Part shown: one piece after another, positions 47,073-57,430 of the stretch
Position numbering within the stretch: the first letter of the stretch is position 1
Layout: each line of letters opens with the position of its first letter
DNA from: Candidatus Obscuribacteraceae bacterium
GTDB taxonomy: Bacteria; Cyanobacteriota; Vampirovibrionia; Obscuribacterales; Obscuribacteraceae
Length of the DNA stretch: 64,000 nucleotides
NCBI GenBank assembly: GCA_044229845.1
Contig: JBGASG010000002.1
Span: 416,001-480,000, forward strand
Reading direction: 5' to 3'
The notes under the pieces: model-generated
The model's input: the letters and a program-made list of their open reading frames with translations, nothing else
Told to the model about the DNA's origin: nothing
Databases searched by the model: none
Made by a program: the position numbers and the translations under genes

Positions 47073-47570
47073 TCAGCCTCCCCTTCGGTGCCTGCGACGG
47101 GGCTGGTCGTCGTCGTCATCAATGTCATCGTCGGCACCTTCAGCTTCAGCGGCGTATTGTTCGTCGAACATCTCCTGCATCTGTTCGATGCAGAGATTGC
47201 AGATACAAGCCCCGGTATTGCCGCGCACCAGCTGCTGCACCTGGAAAGCTGCTTGATAGCAGAAGTTGCACATCTCCACGACGCCGGACCGCTCGTTTAT
47301 CACTTCCGCCCAGTCATCCAGCCATTGCTGGAAGTCTTCATCATCGGGACCGGCACCGGTCTCCGGATACTGGTACTGTCGGCAGAACTCGACGCGCCCC
47401 TCTTCGTTCTCCGGGTCGGCGTACAATGTCCATTTGCCGCCTAAGGTACCGTCTTCGCGGTACCATCCGTAGTGGCGCACGTTGCCGGACTTATCGATCT
47501 GCGCATAAAAGCCGCGTTTGCCTTTGGCACTAAAACCTTTAGGAAGAAGATCTTTGCCGACTCTTGCCAT
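47073..47570 (-). CDS. Paralogous small protein with ClpX-type C4 zinc-binding domain
   Basis: CNFC...VQQLVRG.TGACICNLCI; shares G.YA.ID....V.H.G.Y with the downstream gene. Confidence 0.78.
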   Translation of the reverse strand: MARVGKDLLPKGFSAKGKRGFYAQIDKSGNVRHYGWYREDGTLGGKWTLYADPENEEGRVEFCRQYQYPETGAGPDDEDFQQWLDDWAEVINERSGVVEMCNFCYQAAFQVQQLVRGNTGACICNLCIEQMQEMFDEQYAAEAEGADDDIDDDDDQPRRRHRRGG

Positions 47571-47626
47571 GTAGTAAATGCATCACCGGAAACGCTGACG
47601 GGTCTAGTTTACCCCACAACCAGAGC

Positions 47627-49276
47627 TTATGCTAAACGAGCTTTGGCTGCTCGACGCACCCAGTAATCGTCATCGTTGGCAAGCTGTTTCAAAATGTCCG
47701 CCGTGGCGATTTTCGTGCGTGCCACCTGCCAGCGGATGTAGGAGTTCTTATCTGCCGAAAGTATCTTCAGCGCAATCATCGGCGTGTGAGGGTTTTTCAA
47801 AACCGAGACCCGCACTTGCTCCTGGCTGTCACGCGCCAGGCGATGTATAAGCGATGGATGCGTGCAGGGGTTAGACGCTACCCGCTGCCGCACATCTACG
47901 CATTCATCTTCACATAGCCCCTGCAGCAACTGGGGAGTTGCTGCAGGGTGCGCCGCCACAAATGCCCGCACAAATGAGCTGGCACTGGCGGCGAACTCGG
48001 ACAAGGTGGTGTCGTCCGCTACTTCAGGATCTATCAGCGGTTGCCGCAGATAGATATCAGGATCTCTGGTCAAATGGTCGATTATTTCCTGAGGACAGTT
48101 ATCGTTGTCCGCCACCGCCTGCCTGACTGTCGCTTCGTCATCGCGAGAAAGAAGTTGCAGTACTTCAGGCGGAGTTGAGGGGTTACGGGCGAGCCAGAGC
48201 CGTACCTCTTTGTCTTCGTCAATGGCCAGGGCCACTGCCGCATCCCGAGTCAGATCTTCAGCTCGCGCCACAGCGCAGCGCACGGACTGCTGAGGATCTT
48301 TGGCCAGCGTGTAGAGAAGATGGTTGGCTCTGCGTTCGTTGATCGCGACCAGATACCGAACGAAGATATCGCCATCTTTGAGCAACCTGAGCAAGGTGTC
48401 GTTGCTGGAGGACGGATTGCATGCCACATCACGGCGAATGTGCACATCGTGATCGTGTGACAATTGATCGAGCGCAGCGGGGGGTGCCGATTGATTGCTT
48501 GCCACTCGTTTGCGGACGGATACATCCTTGTCTCGCGCCAGCACTATGAGCGCGGGATAAGGCGCTTCTGGATTTCGCGCGATTGCCTGTCTCACGAGCG
48601 GACTGGCATCGCCTGCGAAATCAACCATCACTTCGCGCGGGCAAGCAGCGTGCGAAGCTACCCAGAAGCGTACGGACACTTCGTAGTCTGCTGCGAGGAG
48701 CCGGAGTGTTTCAGGGCTGGAGCTGGGATTTGATGCAACAGCAGCCCTGATGGTGGGGTCGAGCTCCTCGCTTAAACGTCTGAGCATGTCGCGCTGAGTT
48801 CGGGGGTTGGCACCGACAGCACGACGCACTTTCAAATTGGAGTCAACGGACAGTTTTCTGAGAATCGGGACAGGACAATTTAGATGTCCTGCCACCATCT
48901 CTCGGACGCCGGCGTGCTTGTCTTTGCTCAAGTATTCCAGGCAATCCGGCGGTGTGTCGCTATTGCCAGCCACGTACTCGCGCACATTCGCACGTGGATG
49001 CATAGCCAGATACCATAGACCATTGCTGACGGCGGATTCATCTGATTCCTGATCTGGATCTGATTTGTGTTCGGACGGCGCCGCAGATTCCTCATCATCG
49101 ACTGCAGGCGATGATGGAAACATCGAGATCGCGAGTCCAAGCGAAGAAGACAGGTCATAGATACTTTCGGAAAGAAAGTCCTGCTCGACGCTGAAATCGA
49201 AATCTACACTCTCGCTGTTCCTCTTGCGAAAGTCGAATATAGTCGTGCCAACATAGCTCGTAATGCCAACTTGCAT
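47627..49276 (-). CDS. LRV/HEAT-like helical repeat protein
   Basis: ~18-19 repeats of ~24 aa: VR..VA.NP.TP...L..LA.D. Confidence 0.88.
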   Translation of the reverse strand: MQVGITSYVGTTIFDFRKRNSESVDFDFSVEQDFLSESIYDLSSSLGLAISMFPSSPAVDDEESAAPSEHKSDPDQESDESAVSNGLWYLAMHPRANVREYVAGNSDTPPDCLEYLSKDKHAGVREMVAGHLNCPVPILRKLSVDSNLKVRRAVGANPRTQRDMLRRLSEELDPTIRAAVASNPSSSPETLRLLAADYEVSVRFWVASHAACPREVMVDFAGDASPLVRQAIARNPEAPYPALIVLARDKDVSVRKRVASNQSAPPAALDQLSHDHDVHIRRDVACNPSSSNDTLLRLLKDGDIFVRYLVAINERRANHLLYTLAKDPQQSVRCAVARAEDLTRDAAVALAIDEDKEVRLWLARNPSTPPEVLQLLSRDDEATVRQAVADNDNCPQEIIDHLTRDPDIYLRQPLIDPEVADDTTLSEFAASASSFVRAFVAAHPAATPQLLQGLCEDECVDVRQRVASNPCTHPSLIHRLARDSQEQVRVSVLKNPHTPMIALKILSADKNSYIRWQVARTKIATADILKQLANDDDYWVRRAAKARLA

Positions 49277-49607
49277 CCTAGCGTGCCGCCCTTTACTTGT
49301 GATCCCGCTGGTCTTTGTTGTTGTTACCGATTGTGTACGATGCCAAGGAGCGCGTCTACCAAGAAATCACTCATATTCTTCCGCTCCCCATGCGGCTTCC
49401 CGCTGGTCGCATTCGAAGTACGGCTATCCATGCCGGTTTCCACAAGTGGTATCAACAGATATAAATCGCAGTTCACCGGCGCCTGGTTTAAAGGCAGCTC
49501 AGTCGCCATGCGGAAAACCACACGGCAACCCGTTCCCCGGATGAGAGTGGTATCACACTCGCATGCAAGCGCGGCTGTACGCTGCGGCAATTGTCGTCGC
49601 GAGGTGA

Positions 49608-50195
49608 ATGGTCATGCGTTTCTTTCCGGTTGGAAGGCAGTCTGTTTTCTGGCTGTCAGCCGTGTCGGCCGTGTCGGCATCAGTGTTTGCACTCTCGATC
49701 GCGCAAATTTGCTTGGCCAGCCAACCGGCAACCGGCAACAACGCCACTCTCCAGTGCGACGTCAAGAAAGCCAGCGCCTGGGTCAACGAAGAGAACATCG
49801 GAAAGAAACCAGCGGCAGACGAAAAGGACGTGCCGCTCCCGTATCGCACTTACGACTTCTACGCAGTCACCGACGTCACCGTCACCAACAAAACCAGCGC
49901 GTCGCTGCCGGTTTCTCTCTCCGCCGTAGAACTGTCCATCAATGGTAAGCCCTGCGCCGCGCCGGTGCTCAGCCTTGATTCCAAAGACGTCCAGGTCGAC
50001 AAAGACCTGCGTCACTTCCAGCTGCCCGGCAAGAAAAAGGCGAACGTCTCCATCCGCATGGCGGGCAACTACGGCATCAAACATAAGAACGGGACACCGG
50101 TGATCTCGAAGATCACACTCAATGCCGGTAAGGAAGAGATCAAGGTGTCTTCGAAGACTCAGTTCGACGACGCCTTCGTGGGCTTGCAGAAGTGA
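49608..50195 (+). CDS. Hypothetical exported beta-rich protein
   Basis: GAGG RBS, signal-like N-terminus, GTGA overlap with the next gene. Confidence 0.65.
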   Translation: MVMRFFPVGRQSVFWLSAVSAVSASVFALSIAQICLASQPATGNNATLQCDVKKASAWVNEENIGKKPAADEKDVPLPYRTYDFYAVTDVTVTNKTSASLPVSLSAVELSINGKPCAAPVLSLDSKDVQVDKDLRHFQLPGKKKANVSIRMAGNYGIKHKNGTPVISKITLNAGKEEIKVSSKTQFDDAFVGLQK

Positions 50196-50716
50196 CACCG
50201 GAAGAACAAGTCAAAGAAGCGATCGCGCTCGGCGACCAGCAGGAGAGCTACGGCAACTTCGCCGAGTCGCACGAAAAGTTTGCCGCGGCGGTGGCATTAT
50301 GCTGGCAGCATAATCTGCCGGCTGCACTGGCGGCGATTGCTTTGACGCGGGTGGCTGTAAATGCAGTCAACAGAGACGACAACGAAACAGCAGATAGTAA
50401 CTTTCAGGCGGCAATCACCGCCTTTGAAGCTGACGAAACAAGAAGCAATCTCGAATATGCAGATTGCCTGACGCACTACGGACACTTCTTGCGCGGCGCC
50501 AAACAATGGAGTCCGGCAGTAGACCAGTACGCAAAAGCCTATATTCTCTACCGAGAGATAACCAGTCTGCCGGCAGCAGATGTGCAGCAACGCAGACTGG
50601 CGTTGCGCAATTCGCTCAAGTCAACGGCTGAGCAATCTGATGACGCTGTGCGCGATCAACTGCGGGAGCGCGTACACGCAATGCTGCCTCGCAAAGACTC
50701 ACCTTTGTTTCCATAG
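50192..50716 (+). CDS. TPR-like helical protein
   Basis: A...F.AA and YA..L..YG..L......A...Y.KA patterns. Confidence 0.65.
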   Translation: MTPEEQVKEAIALGDQQESYGNFAESHEKFAAAVALCWQHNLPAALAAIALTRVAVNAVNRDDNETADSNFQAAITAFEADETRSNLEYADCLTHYGHFLRGAKQWSPAVDQYAKAYILYREITSLPAADVQQRRLALRNSLKSTAEQSDDAVRDQLRERVHAMLPRKDSPLFP

Positions 50717-50736
50717 TCTCGTGTCTGCGTCCCGGC

Positions 50737-51642
50737 TCAGCAGGAGCCGATGCCCTGCTCGTCGGCGTGATAACTGCTGCGGACAAGCGGACCGGAGAAC
50801 ACATTGCCAAATCCCATCGACATACCAACTTCTCTATAGAAGTCGAAAGTGTCGGGATCGACCCAGCGTTCTACAGGCAGATGCTTTTCAGTCGGTTGCA
50901 TGTACTGTCCGATGGTTACCAGGTCGACGTCGCTGGCTTTCAGAGAGCCGAGCAGACCGATAATCTCAGCGTCCGTCTCGCCCAGTCCAACCATGAAACC
51001 GGATTTAGTCGTCAGCCCTTGCTCTTTCGCTCGCTTCAAAAGTTCTAAGCTACGCTCGAAACGAGCCTGCGGTCGCACTTTTAAGTAGAGACGCGGAACG
51101 GTTTCCACGTTGTGGTTGAGCACGTCGGGACGAGCATCAATGACTGTCTGCAGCGACTCCCAGTTTCCGCAAAAGTCGGGGATCAAAACTTCGATGCGGG
51201 TGCCGGGCGACTCGGCGCGCACGCGATTGATCGTTTCTGCCCAGATGGCAGCTCCACCGTCCTTAAGTTCATCTCGGTTGACGGAGGTGATCACCGCATA
51301 CTTGAGCTGCATGAGGCGAATAGCCTCAGCAACGCGGCGCGGTTCGTCCAGGTCAAGCTCCGTCGGCTTGCCCGTAATCACATTGCAGAAGCCGCAGCTG
51401 CGCGTGCAGACGTTCCCGAGAATCATCACCGTCGCAGTACCGCGCGTCCAGCACTCACCACGATTGGGACAGGCTGCCGACTCGCAGACAGTATGCAGCG
51501 CGTTTTCTTCGACGATTTCGCGGACTTTGAGAAACGGTCCGCTACTCGGAATGCGCACCTTCAACCAGGGCGGCTTTTCCGTGCGCCGCTTGCGGTGCGG
51601 CTCTTGCACAGACTGGATGTCAGCAATGTCTTTAGGATTCAT
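50737..51642 (-). CDS. lipA: Lipoyl synthase
   Basis: CESAACPNRGEC, CTRSCGFC, GPLVRSSYHA. Confidence 0.97.
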   Translation of the reverse strand: MNPKDIADIQSVQEPHRKRRTEKPPWLKVRIPSSGPFLKVREIVEENALHTVCESAACPNRGECWTRGTATVMILGNVCTRSCGFCNVITGKPTELDLDEPRRVAEAIRLMQLKYAVITSVNRDELKDGGAAIWAETINRVRAESPGTRIEVLIPDFCGNWESLQTVIDARPDVLNHNVETVPRLYLKVRPQARFERSLELLKRAKEQGLTTKSGFMVGLGETDAEIIGLLGSLKASDVDLVTIGQYMQPTEKHLPVERWVDPDTFDFYREVGMSMGFGNVFSGPLVRSSYHADEQGIGSC

Positions 51643-51865
51643 TCAACTTTCCGCTTGGACACTGGGTTTCGCGCCACCAGATTGAACAAAATAATAATTC
51701 TTGTCGCGCTCCATCTATGTAATACTTCCGAATTGTTAGATGGCGGCGTGAGAGCTGATTCTAGCAGTTGTCACCAGCCTGCTAACAATCTGAATAATAG
51801 TTTCAACCCCGGTTTACAGAACTCCGCAAGGAACCACTGTAGACCTCACAGGAAGTAACCCCGCT

Positions 51866-53026
51866 ATGCCAAGAAAAGCATTGGAGTTCTCGGCGAAACT
51901 GGAGTATCTCTCGATACTCGACGAGAACGGCAAAGTTGATGCACAGCTCGAACCGAAGATTGATGCGAAAGACCTGAAAGAGATGTTTCGCTGGATGCTC
52001 ATGGCTCGCCGAGTCGATGAACGTCTGTTGAAATTGCAACGTCAGGGTCGCATCGGCACGTTCCCGCAAGCGACCGGACACGAAGCGATCAGCCTGGGCT
52101 CCATCTGGCACATGAAACCGACCGATTGGTTTGTGCCCGCATATCGCGAATTGGCTGGATTCCTGTACCGCGGTTGGACACTGGAAACCATCCTTCTCTA
52201 CTGGATGGGCTTCGAAGAAGGCGCAATGCCACCGGAAGGTGTACGCGATCTGCCGATTGCCGTTCCGGTTGCCAGTCAACTTCTGCATGCAGCCGGCATG
52301 GGTATGGCTAACAACATTCGCGGCGACAAGAATGTCGTCATGACTTACATGGGCGACGGCGCCACCTCCGAAGGCGACACCCACGAAGCTCTCAACTTCG
52401 CCTCCGTATTTGATGCACCGGTTGTCTTCATCTGTCTGAACAACCAGTACGCCATTTCGGTGCCGCTCCACAAACAGATGCACTGCGAGACGGTCGCCCA
52501 ACGCGCCGTTGCTTATTCAATTCCAGGCATCCGCATCGACGGCAACGACGTCCTCGCTATGTACGTCGCCGCCAACGAAGCTGTAGACAGAGCCCGCAAC
52601 GGCGGTGGACCGACGTTGATCGAAGCGCTCACGTATCGCTACACACCGCACACGACAGCCGATGAACCGAAGCGCTATCGTCCGGAAGCTGAAGCCGCCG
52701 AGTGGCAAGCTAAGGAGCCGCTCATCCGCTTCGAGAAATACTTGAAGAACAAAGGCATCATGACCGACGCCGATCGCCAAAAGATGGAAGACGAAATCGA
52801 AAATCAGATTCAAGAAGCCATCAAGAAAGTGGAAGTGATGGTCAAACAACCACCGCTTTCCGATCCGCTCGTCATGTTCGATCATCTGTACAAAGACATC
52901 CCGCCGTTCCTGCAAGAGCAGCGTGACGAACTGGCCCGCGACCTCGGACTGGATCAAAAAGGCCCGAAGAAAAAAGAAAACGGCAACACGGAAAAGAACA
53001 AACAAACCGCAGGAAAGGGGGCCTAG
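51866..53026 (+). CDS. pdhA: 2-oxoacid (pyruvate or branched-chain) dehydrogenase E1 alpha
   Basis: LQRQGRIG, GDGATSEGD...NN TPP motif, HTTADEP. Substrate not resolved. Confidence 0.88.
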   Translation: MPRKALEFSAKLEYLSILDENGKVDAQLEPKIDAKDLKEMFRWMLMARRVDERLLKLQRQGRIGTFPQATGHEAISLGSIWHMKPTDWFVPAYRELAGFLYRGWTLETILLYWMGFEEGAMPPEGVRDLPIAVPVASQLLHAAGMGMANNIRGDKNVVMTYMGDGATSEGDTHEALNFASVFDAPVVFICLNNQYAISVPLHKQMHCETVAQRAVAYSIPGIRIDGNDVLAMYVAANEAVDRARNGGGPTLIEALTYRYTPHTTADEPKRYRPEAEAAEWQAKEPLIRFEKYLKNKGIMTDADRQKMEDEIENQIQEAIKKVEVMVKQPPLSDPLVMFDHLYKDIPPFLQEQRDELARDLGLDQKGPKKKENGNTEKNKQTAGKGA

Positions 53027-53030
53027 TACC

Positions 53031-54011
53031 ATGGCTGAAATGAACATGGCAAAAGCCATCAACCTGGCACTGCATGAAGCAATGCAGCGCGACGACCGCG
53101 TAGTCGTCATGGGAGAAGACGTCGGTCCCGATGAAGGCGTTTTCCGTATCACCGAAGGACTGCACACCAAATTCGGTGACAAGCGCGTCATCGACACGCC
53201 GCTTGCCGAATCCGGCATCATCGGTACCGCCATCGGTATGGCTATCTATGGAATGCGTCCGGTCGCCGAAATTCAATTCTCCGGTTTTGACTATTACGCT
53301 TATCACCAACTGGAGATGCACGCCGGTCGCTTCCGCAACCGCACCCGCGGTCGGATTAATGTACCGATGGTCATGCGCGCCCCGTCCGGCGGTGGCATCC
53401 GCGCCATCGAACACCACAGCGAAAGCCGCGAAGCCATCTACGCACACTCGCCCGGTTTGAAAGTGGTCATGCCTTCGGGACCGCGCGTTGCCCGCGCCCT
53501 CCTGCATGCCGCCATTCAAGACGACGATGCCGTCATCTACTACGAACCGAAAGCGCTCTATCGTCTGTTCAAGGAAGAAGTTCCGGACCAGATTGAAACC
53601 CTGCAAATCGGTCGTGCCCAGGTGGCTCGTCCAGGCAGCGACATCACCATCGTCTCCTACGGCGCCAGCATGCGCGCCGCCCTGGAAGCCGCAGAAATGC
53701 TCGATGAAGAAGATGGCGTCAAGGCTGAAGTCATCGACCTCTTGTCCATCTGCCCGCTCGATACCGATACGGTCGTCGAGTCGGTGGCAAAAACAGGACG
53801 CGCAGTTGTCGTGCACGAAGGTCCGCGCACCTGCGGTATGGCGGCCGAGATCATCGCCCGCATCAACGAGAAGGTGTTGCTCAATCTGGAAGCGCCGGTG
53901 ATTCGCGTTACCGGTTACGACTTGCCGATTCCCTACTTCGCTCGCGAGAGGGCTTACCTGCCTGACGCAGACAAGGTAGTCAGAGCTGCACGTCAAACGC
54001 TCAACTTCTAA
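53031..54011 (+). CDS. pdhB: 2-oxoacid dehydrogenase E1 beta
   Basis: GEDVG, DTPLAESGI.G, EIQF, EHHSES. Confidence 0.88.
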   Translation: MAEMNMAKAINLALHEAMQRDDRVVVMGEDVGPDEGVFRITEGLHTKFGDKRVIDTPLAESGIIGTAIGMAIYGMRPVAEIQFSGFDYYAYHQLEMHAGRFRNRTRGRINVPMVMRAPSGGGIRAIEHHSESREAIYAHSPGLKVVMPSGPRVARALLHAAIQDDDAVIYYEPKALYRLFKEEVPDQIETLQIGRAQVARPGSDITIVSYGASMRAALEAAEMLDEEDGVKAEVIDLLSICPLDTDTVVESVAKTGRAVVVHEGPRTCGMAAEIIARINEKVLLNLEAPVIRVTGYDLPIPYFARERAYLPDADKVVRAARQTLNF

Positions 54012-54016
54012 TATGC

Positions 54017-54062
54017 GCGAGGCGAGACTCAATAATTGAAAGTCTCGCCTCGCTACTTTTTT
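54017..54062 (+). terminator. Terminator-like hairpin between E1 beta and E2
   Basis: 13-bp stem GCGAGGCGAGACT/AGTCTCGCCTCGC followed by TACTTTTTT. Confidence 0.75.
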
Positions 54063-54086
54063 CTATAGAGGGGTAGAAAAACGAAC

Positions 54087-55520
54087 ATGGAATTCAAACT
54101 GCCGGATCTTGGAGAAGGACTCCACGAAGCAGAGATTCTCAACATACTGGTCAAAGAAGGCGATCAGGTCAAAGAAGATCAGCCTATCTTCGAGGTAGAA
54201 ACCGACAAAGCCGTCGCCACCATCGATGCTCCCTGCACAGGCAAGGTTCTGAAGATCATGGTGAAGGTTGGAGAGATCGCCAAAGTCGGCAACGTGATTA
54301 TTACCTTCGACACTGCCGATGGTGCAGTCTTGCCCGAGCGCGAAGCACCTTCGGAAGAAGGTGCGCATTCCAAAACCACCAAGCCGCCCGTCAATGTGCC
54401 AGCAGATCGCGAAGCCGCCGCTGCCGCCTCCGGCAATGGTGGACGCAGCTATCAGCATGCCGCACCGGCCGCTGTAGTCGCCGCAGGACCTGTGGCAGCC
54501 GCTCCAGCCACCCGCCGTCTGGCTCGCGAAATGGGCGTCGATTTGAAATTGATTCAGGGCACCGGTCCCGGAGGACGCATCCTTAAAGAAGATCTGCGCG
54601 CTTACGCTGAAGGCGTTCCCGGCAGCGCTCGGACCCCACAGACGGCCGGCGCCACCGCTACGGCTACCCAAACCACCAGCAAGCACACAGCTCCAGCCGC
54701 CCCCGGAAACGGTGGACGGCACACACCGCCGACTCGCCGTGATGAGGGACCGAGTGAACCTTTCACCCCATCGCCGATGTCGTTAACTCCCTTCGAGATG
54801 CCCGACTTCTCGAAGTACGGACCGGTCGAACGCGTGCCGCTGCGCTCACTGCGTCGCAAAATCGCCAACAACATGGCGCTGTCGTGGCAACATGTTCCGC
54901 ACGTCACGTCTTTCGACGAGATTGATATCACCGACATCGAAATGTATCGCCAGAAGCATGAGAAGTCTGTCTCAGAGCGCGGCGGCAAGCTGACGCTGAC
55001 AGTTCTGGCTCTGAAAGCCATCGTTGCCGGTTTGAAACTGTATCCGCAATTCAACTCCAGCCTCGATGAAGCGACCGGCGAGATCGTCTACAAGTACTAC
55101 TACAACATCGGCATCGCAGTCGCCACAGATCGCGGCTTGATCGTTCCGGTAATCAAGGATGTCGATAAGAAGAGCATCTTGGAACTATCGATCGAACTGG
55201 CAGAGATCGCCCAGAAGACCCGCGAAGGAAAAATCGAAGTCGACCGCCTGCAGGGCGGCACCTTCACCGTCACCAATATCGGCGCAATCGGCGGCACCGG
55301 CATGGTGCCCATGGTCAACTATCCGGAGTGCGCGATCTTAGGCATGGCACGAGCCGCCGAGAAGCCTGCCGTGCGCAATGGCGAAATCGTCATCCGCACA
55401 CTGATGAACGTGGCTCTCTCCTTCGACCATCGCATCGCCGATGGTGCCGAAGCTGCCTACTTCGTCCGTCACATTTCAGAATGCCTGTCCGATCCCTTCA
55501 AGCTGCTGATGGAGGTATAG
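54087..55520 (+). CDS. Dihydrolipoamide acyltransferase E2 (single lipoyl domain)
   Basis: ETDKA lipoyl site, A.PA.R.LARE.GVDL...GTGPGGRI, DHRIADG. Confidence 0.95.
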   Translation: MEFKLPDLGEGLHEAEILNILVKEGDQVKEDQPIFEVETDKAVATIDAPCTGKVLKIMVKVGEIAKVGNVIITFDTADGAVLPEREAPSEEGAHSKTTKPPVNVPADREAAAAASGNGGRSYQHAAPAAVVAAGPVAAAPATRRLAREMGVDLKLIQGTGPGGRILKEDLRAYAEGVPGSARTPQTAGATATATQTTSKHTAPAAPGNGGRHTPPTRRDEGPSEPFTPSPMSLTPFEMPDFSKYGPVERVPLRSLRRKIANNMALSWQHVPHVTSFDEIDITDIEMYRQKHEKSVSERGGKLTLTVLALKAIVAGLKLYPQFNSSLDEATGEIVYKYYYNIGIAVATDRGLIVPVIKDVDKKSILELSIELAEIAQKTREGKIEVDRLQGGTFTVTNIGAIGGTGMVPMVNYPECAILGMARAAEKPAVRNGEIVIRTLMNVALSFDHRIADGAEAAYFVRHISECLSDPFKLLMEV

Positions 55521-55523
55521 TCC

Positions 55524-56966
55524 ATGGTTGTCGGCGAAATGGTATTGGACATCGACCTGGTCGTCATCGGCGCCGGTCCGGGTGGCTATACAGCGGCTCT
55601 GCGCGCGAAAGAACTGGGAATCAAAACAGTGCTGGTCGATGCTGCGCCCAAACCGGGCGGCGTTTGCCTGCACGTCGGTTGCATCCCATCGAAAGCTCTT
55701 TTGCATGCAGCGGAAGTGATCAACGAAACAAAGACCGCCGCGTCCTTCGGATTGCATTTCGACAAACCGAAAATCAACGTCGACGAACTGCGCAACTGGA
55801 AGCTCTCCGTCAGCGACAAGCTGGCAGGCGGCATCGCCTCTAAATGCAAAAGCGCCGGCATCGACATCATCAACGGCACCGCTGAGTTTCAAGATTCCAA
55901 AAATGTGCGCGTGCAATGCCCAGGCGAATCCGCCGTGCGCATCAAGTTCAAGCACGCCATTCTCGCCACCGGCTCGCGTCCGGTGATGCCCAAGATGTTC
56001 GATATCGGCAGCGAACGTGTTGTTGATTCGACCGGAGCCCTGGACATTCACGACATACCGAAGCGCTTGCTCGTAGTCGGCGGCGGCTACATCGGCATGG
56101 AACTGGGAACAGTCTACGCAGCCCTGGGCAGCGAAGTCACCGTCGTCGAAATGATGGATGGACTGATCATGGGCGCCGACCGCGATCTGGTCCGCCCGCT
56201 GCACACTCATGTGCAGAGCATCTTCAAAGCCATCTATCTGAACACCAAAGTCACCAAAGTCGAAGACAAAGGCAAGGAAGTCGAAGCTTTCTTCGAAGGA
56301 AAAGATGCGCCTGCCAGCGCCAAGTTCGACAAAGTGCTCGTCTCTGTCGGCCGTCGCCCCAACAGCGATAGCCTGGCACTGGACACCACGCAAGTCACCA
56401 TCGACGAGCATGGCTTCTGCACCATCGACGATCAGTGCCGCACCACCGACAAACGCATCTTTGCCATCGGCGATGTCTCCGGGCAGCCCATGTTGGCTCA
56501 CAGAGCCATGCGACAAGGCATTGTCGTTGCCGAAGTAATTGCTGGTCGCAAAACCATCTACGACAACCGCGCTGTCCCGGCAATTGTGTTCACCCAGCCG
56601 GAGATCGCCTGGACCGGACTGACAGAGACTGAAGCGAAGGCGCAAGGCAAAGAAATTGCCAGCTCGAAGTTCCCCTGGTCGGCAAACGGACGCGCTCACT
56701 CGCTCGGCGAGCCAACCGGAACCACGAAAGTAATCTTCGATCCACAGACCACCCAGGTGCTGGGAGTCGGCATCGTCGGACCACGCGCCGGTGAGTTGAT
56801 CACCGAAGCGGTTCTAGCAATCGAAATGGGTGCCGTGCTGGAAGACCTCGCCGTCACTATGCACCCTCACCCAACGCTTTCCGAGACGGTCAACGAAGCC
56901 GCGCTGGCAGCCCTGGCGCGCATGGAACGCCAGAAAGCCAAGGAAGCCGAACCGGCCGCCAAGTAA
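55524..56966 (+). CDS. lpdA: Dihydrolipoyl dehydrogenase E3
   Basis: GAGPGG, GGVCLHVGCIPSK, HPHPTLSE. Confidence 0.96.
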   Translation: MVVGEMVLDIDLVVIGAGPGGYTAALRAKELGIKTVLVDAAPKPGGVCLHVGCIPSKALLHAAEVINETKTAASFGLHFDKPKINVDELRNWKLSVSDKLAGGIASKCKSAGIDIINGTAEFQDSKNVRVQCPGESAVRIKFKHAILATGSRPVMPKMFDIGSERVVDSTGALDIHDIPKRLLVVGGGYIGMELGTVYAALGSEVTVVEMMDGLIMGADRDLVRPLHTHVQSIFKAIYLNTKVTKVEDKGKEVEAFFEGKDAPASAKFDKVLVSVGRRPNSDSLALDTTQVTIDEHGFCTIDDQCRTTDKRIFAIGDVSGQPMLAHRAMRQGIVVAEVIAGRKTIYDNRAVPAIVFTQPEIAWTGLTETEAKAQGKEIASSKFPWSANGRAHSLGEPTGTTKVIFDPQTTQVLGVGIVGPRAGELITEAVLAIEMGAVLEDLAVTMHPHPTLSETVNEAALAALARMERQKAKEAEPAAK

Positions 56967-56971
56967 GTCGA

Positions 56972-57193
56972 TTAAGGCTTGTCACCGTCGGTGCCACCAG
57001 TTTCTTCGGCGGCACCGCGCTCGGTTTTCTTAGATGCCTTCTTCTCAGATGGCTGATTGTCCAGATGCTCGACTTCTTTGCCGCAGTTCTGGCTGACTTT
57101 GGCTTCCTCTACTGGAGCCTCACTGCTTTTTTGAGCGTCCAAATTCTTGTTCCGAGATTCGTCTTCCATATGGTGCACATCGCTGTTTGTCAT
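56972..57193 (-). CDS. Small hydrophilic hypothetical protein (73 aa)
   Basis: GGAGG RBS before ATG 57193; charged, disordered composition. Confidence 0.5.
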   Translation of the reverse strand: MTNSDVHHMEDESRNKNLDAQKSSEAPVEEAKVSQNCGKEVEHLDNQPSEKKASKKTERGAAEETGGTDGDKP

Positions 57194-57430
57194 GGCTGTC
57201 GTCCTCCGCATGAAGGAGACTGCTGATTGGACGCCTGAGTTCCGCCACGCCACCCCAAATCATCTGCGCCACAAACTGAACCATGAGCTCCCTTTGCAGG
57301 AAACATTGGATACATGTAATCCGCTATAACGGGTTTTGGAGCCGATTTCGAGCCTTAGCTCGTTGTCATACAGCGGCAGGGGCGATATCCTGTTGCAGAT
57401 ATAGATGATATCTCCGGCGGGAGGGGAAAT

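Noticed and set aside
49271..49948. 225-aa plus ORF and 88-aa minus ORF in the LRV/hypothetical divergent gap
   Set aside because: No motifs, and the longer one overlaps a better-supported gene. A short peptide in 49324-49431 cannot be excluded but is unsupported.
6373..50226. HIP1 octamer GCGATCGC enrichment (seen at 6373, 10796, 11686, 31182, 50219)
   Set aside because: A handful of copies by eye in GC-rich DNA where CGATCG is common; a Markov-corrected count is needed before claiming enrichment.
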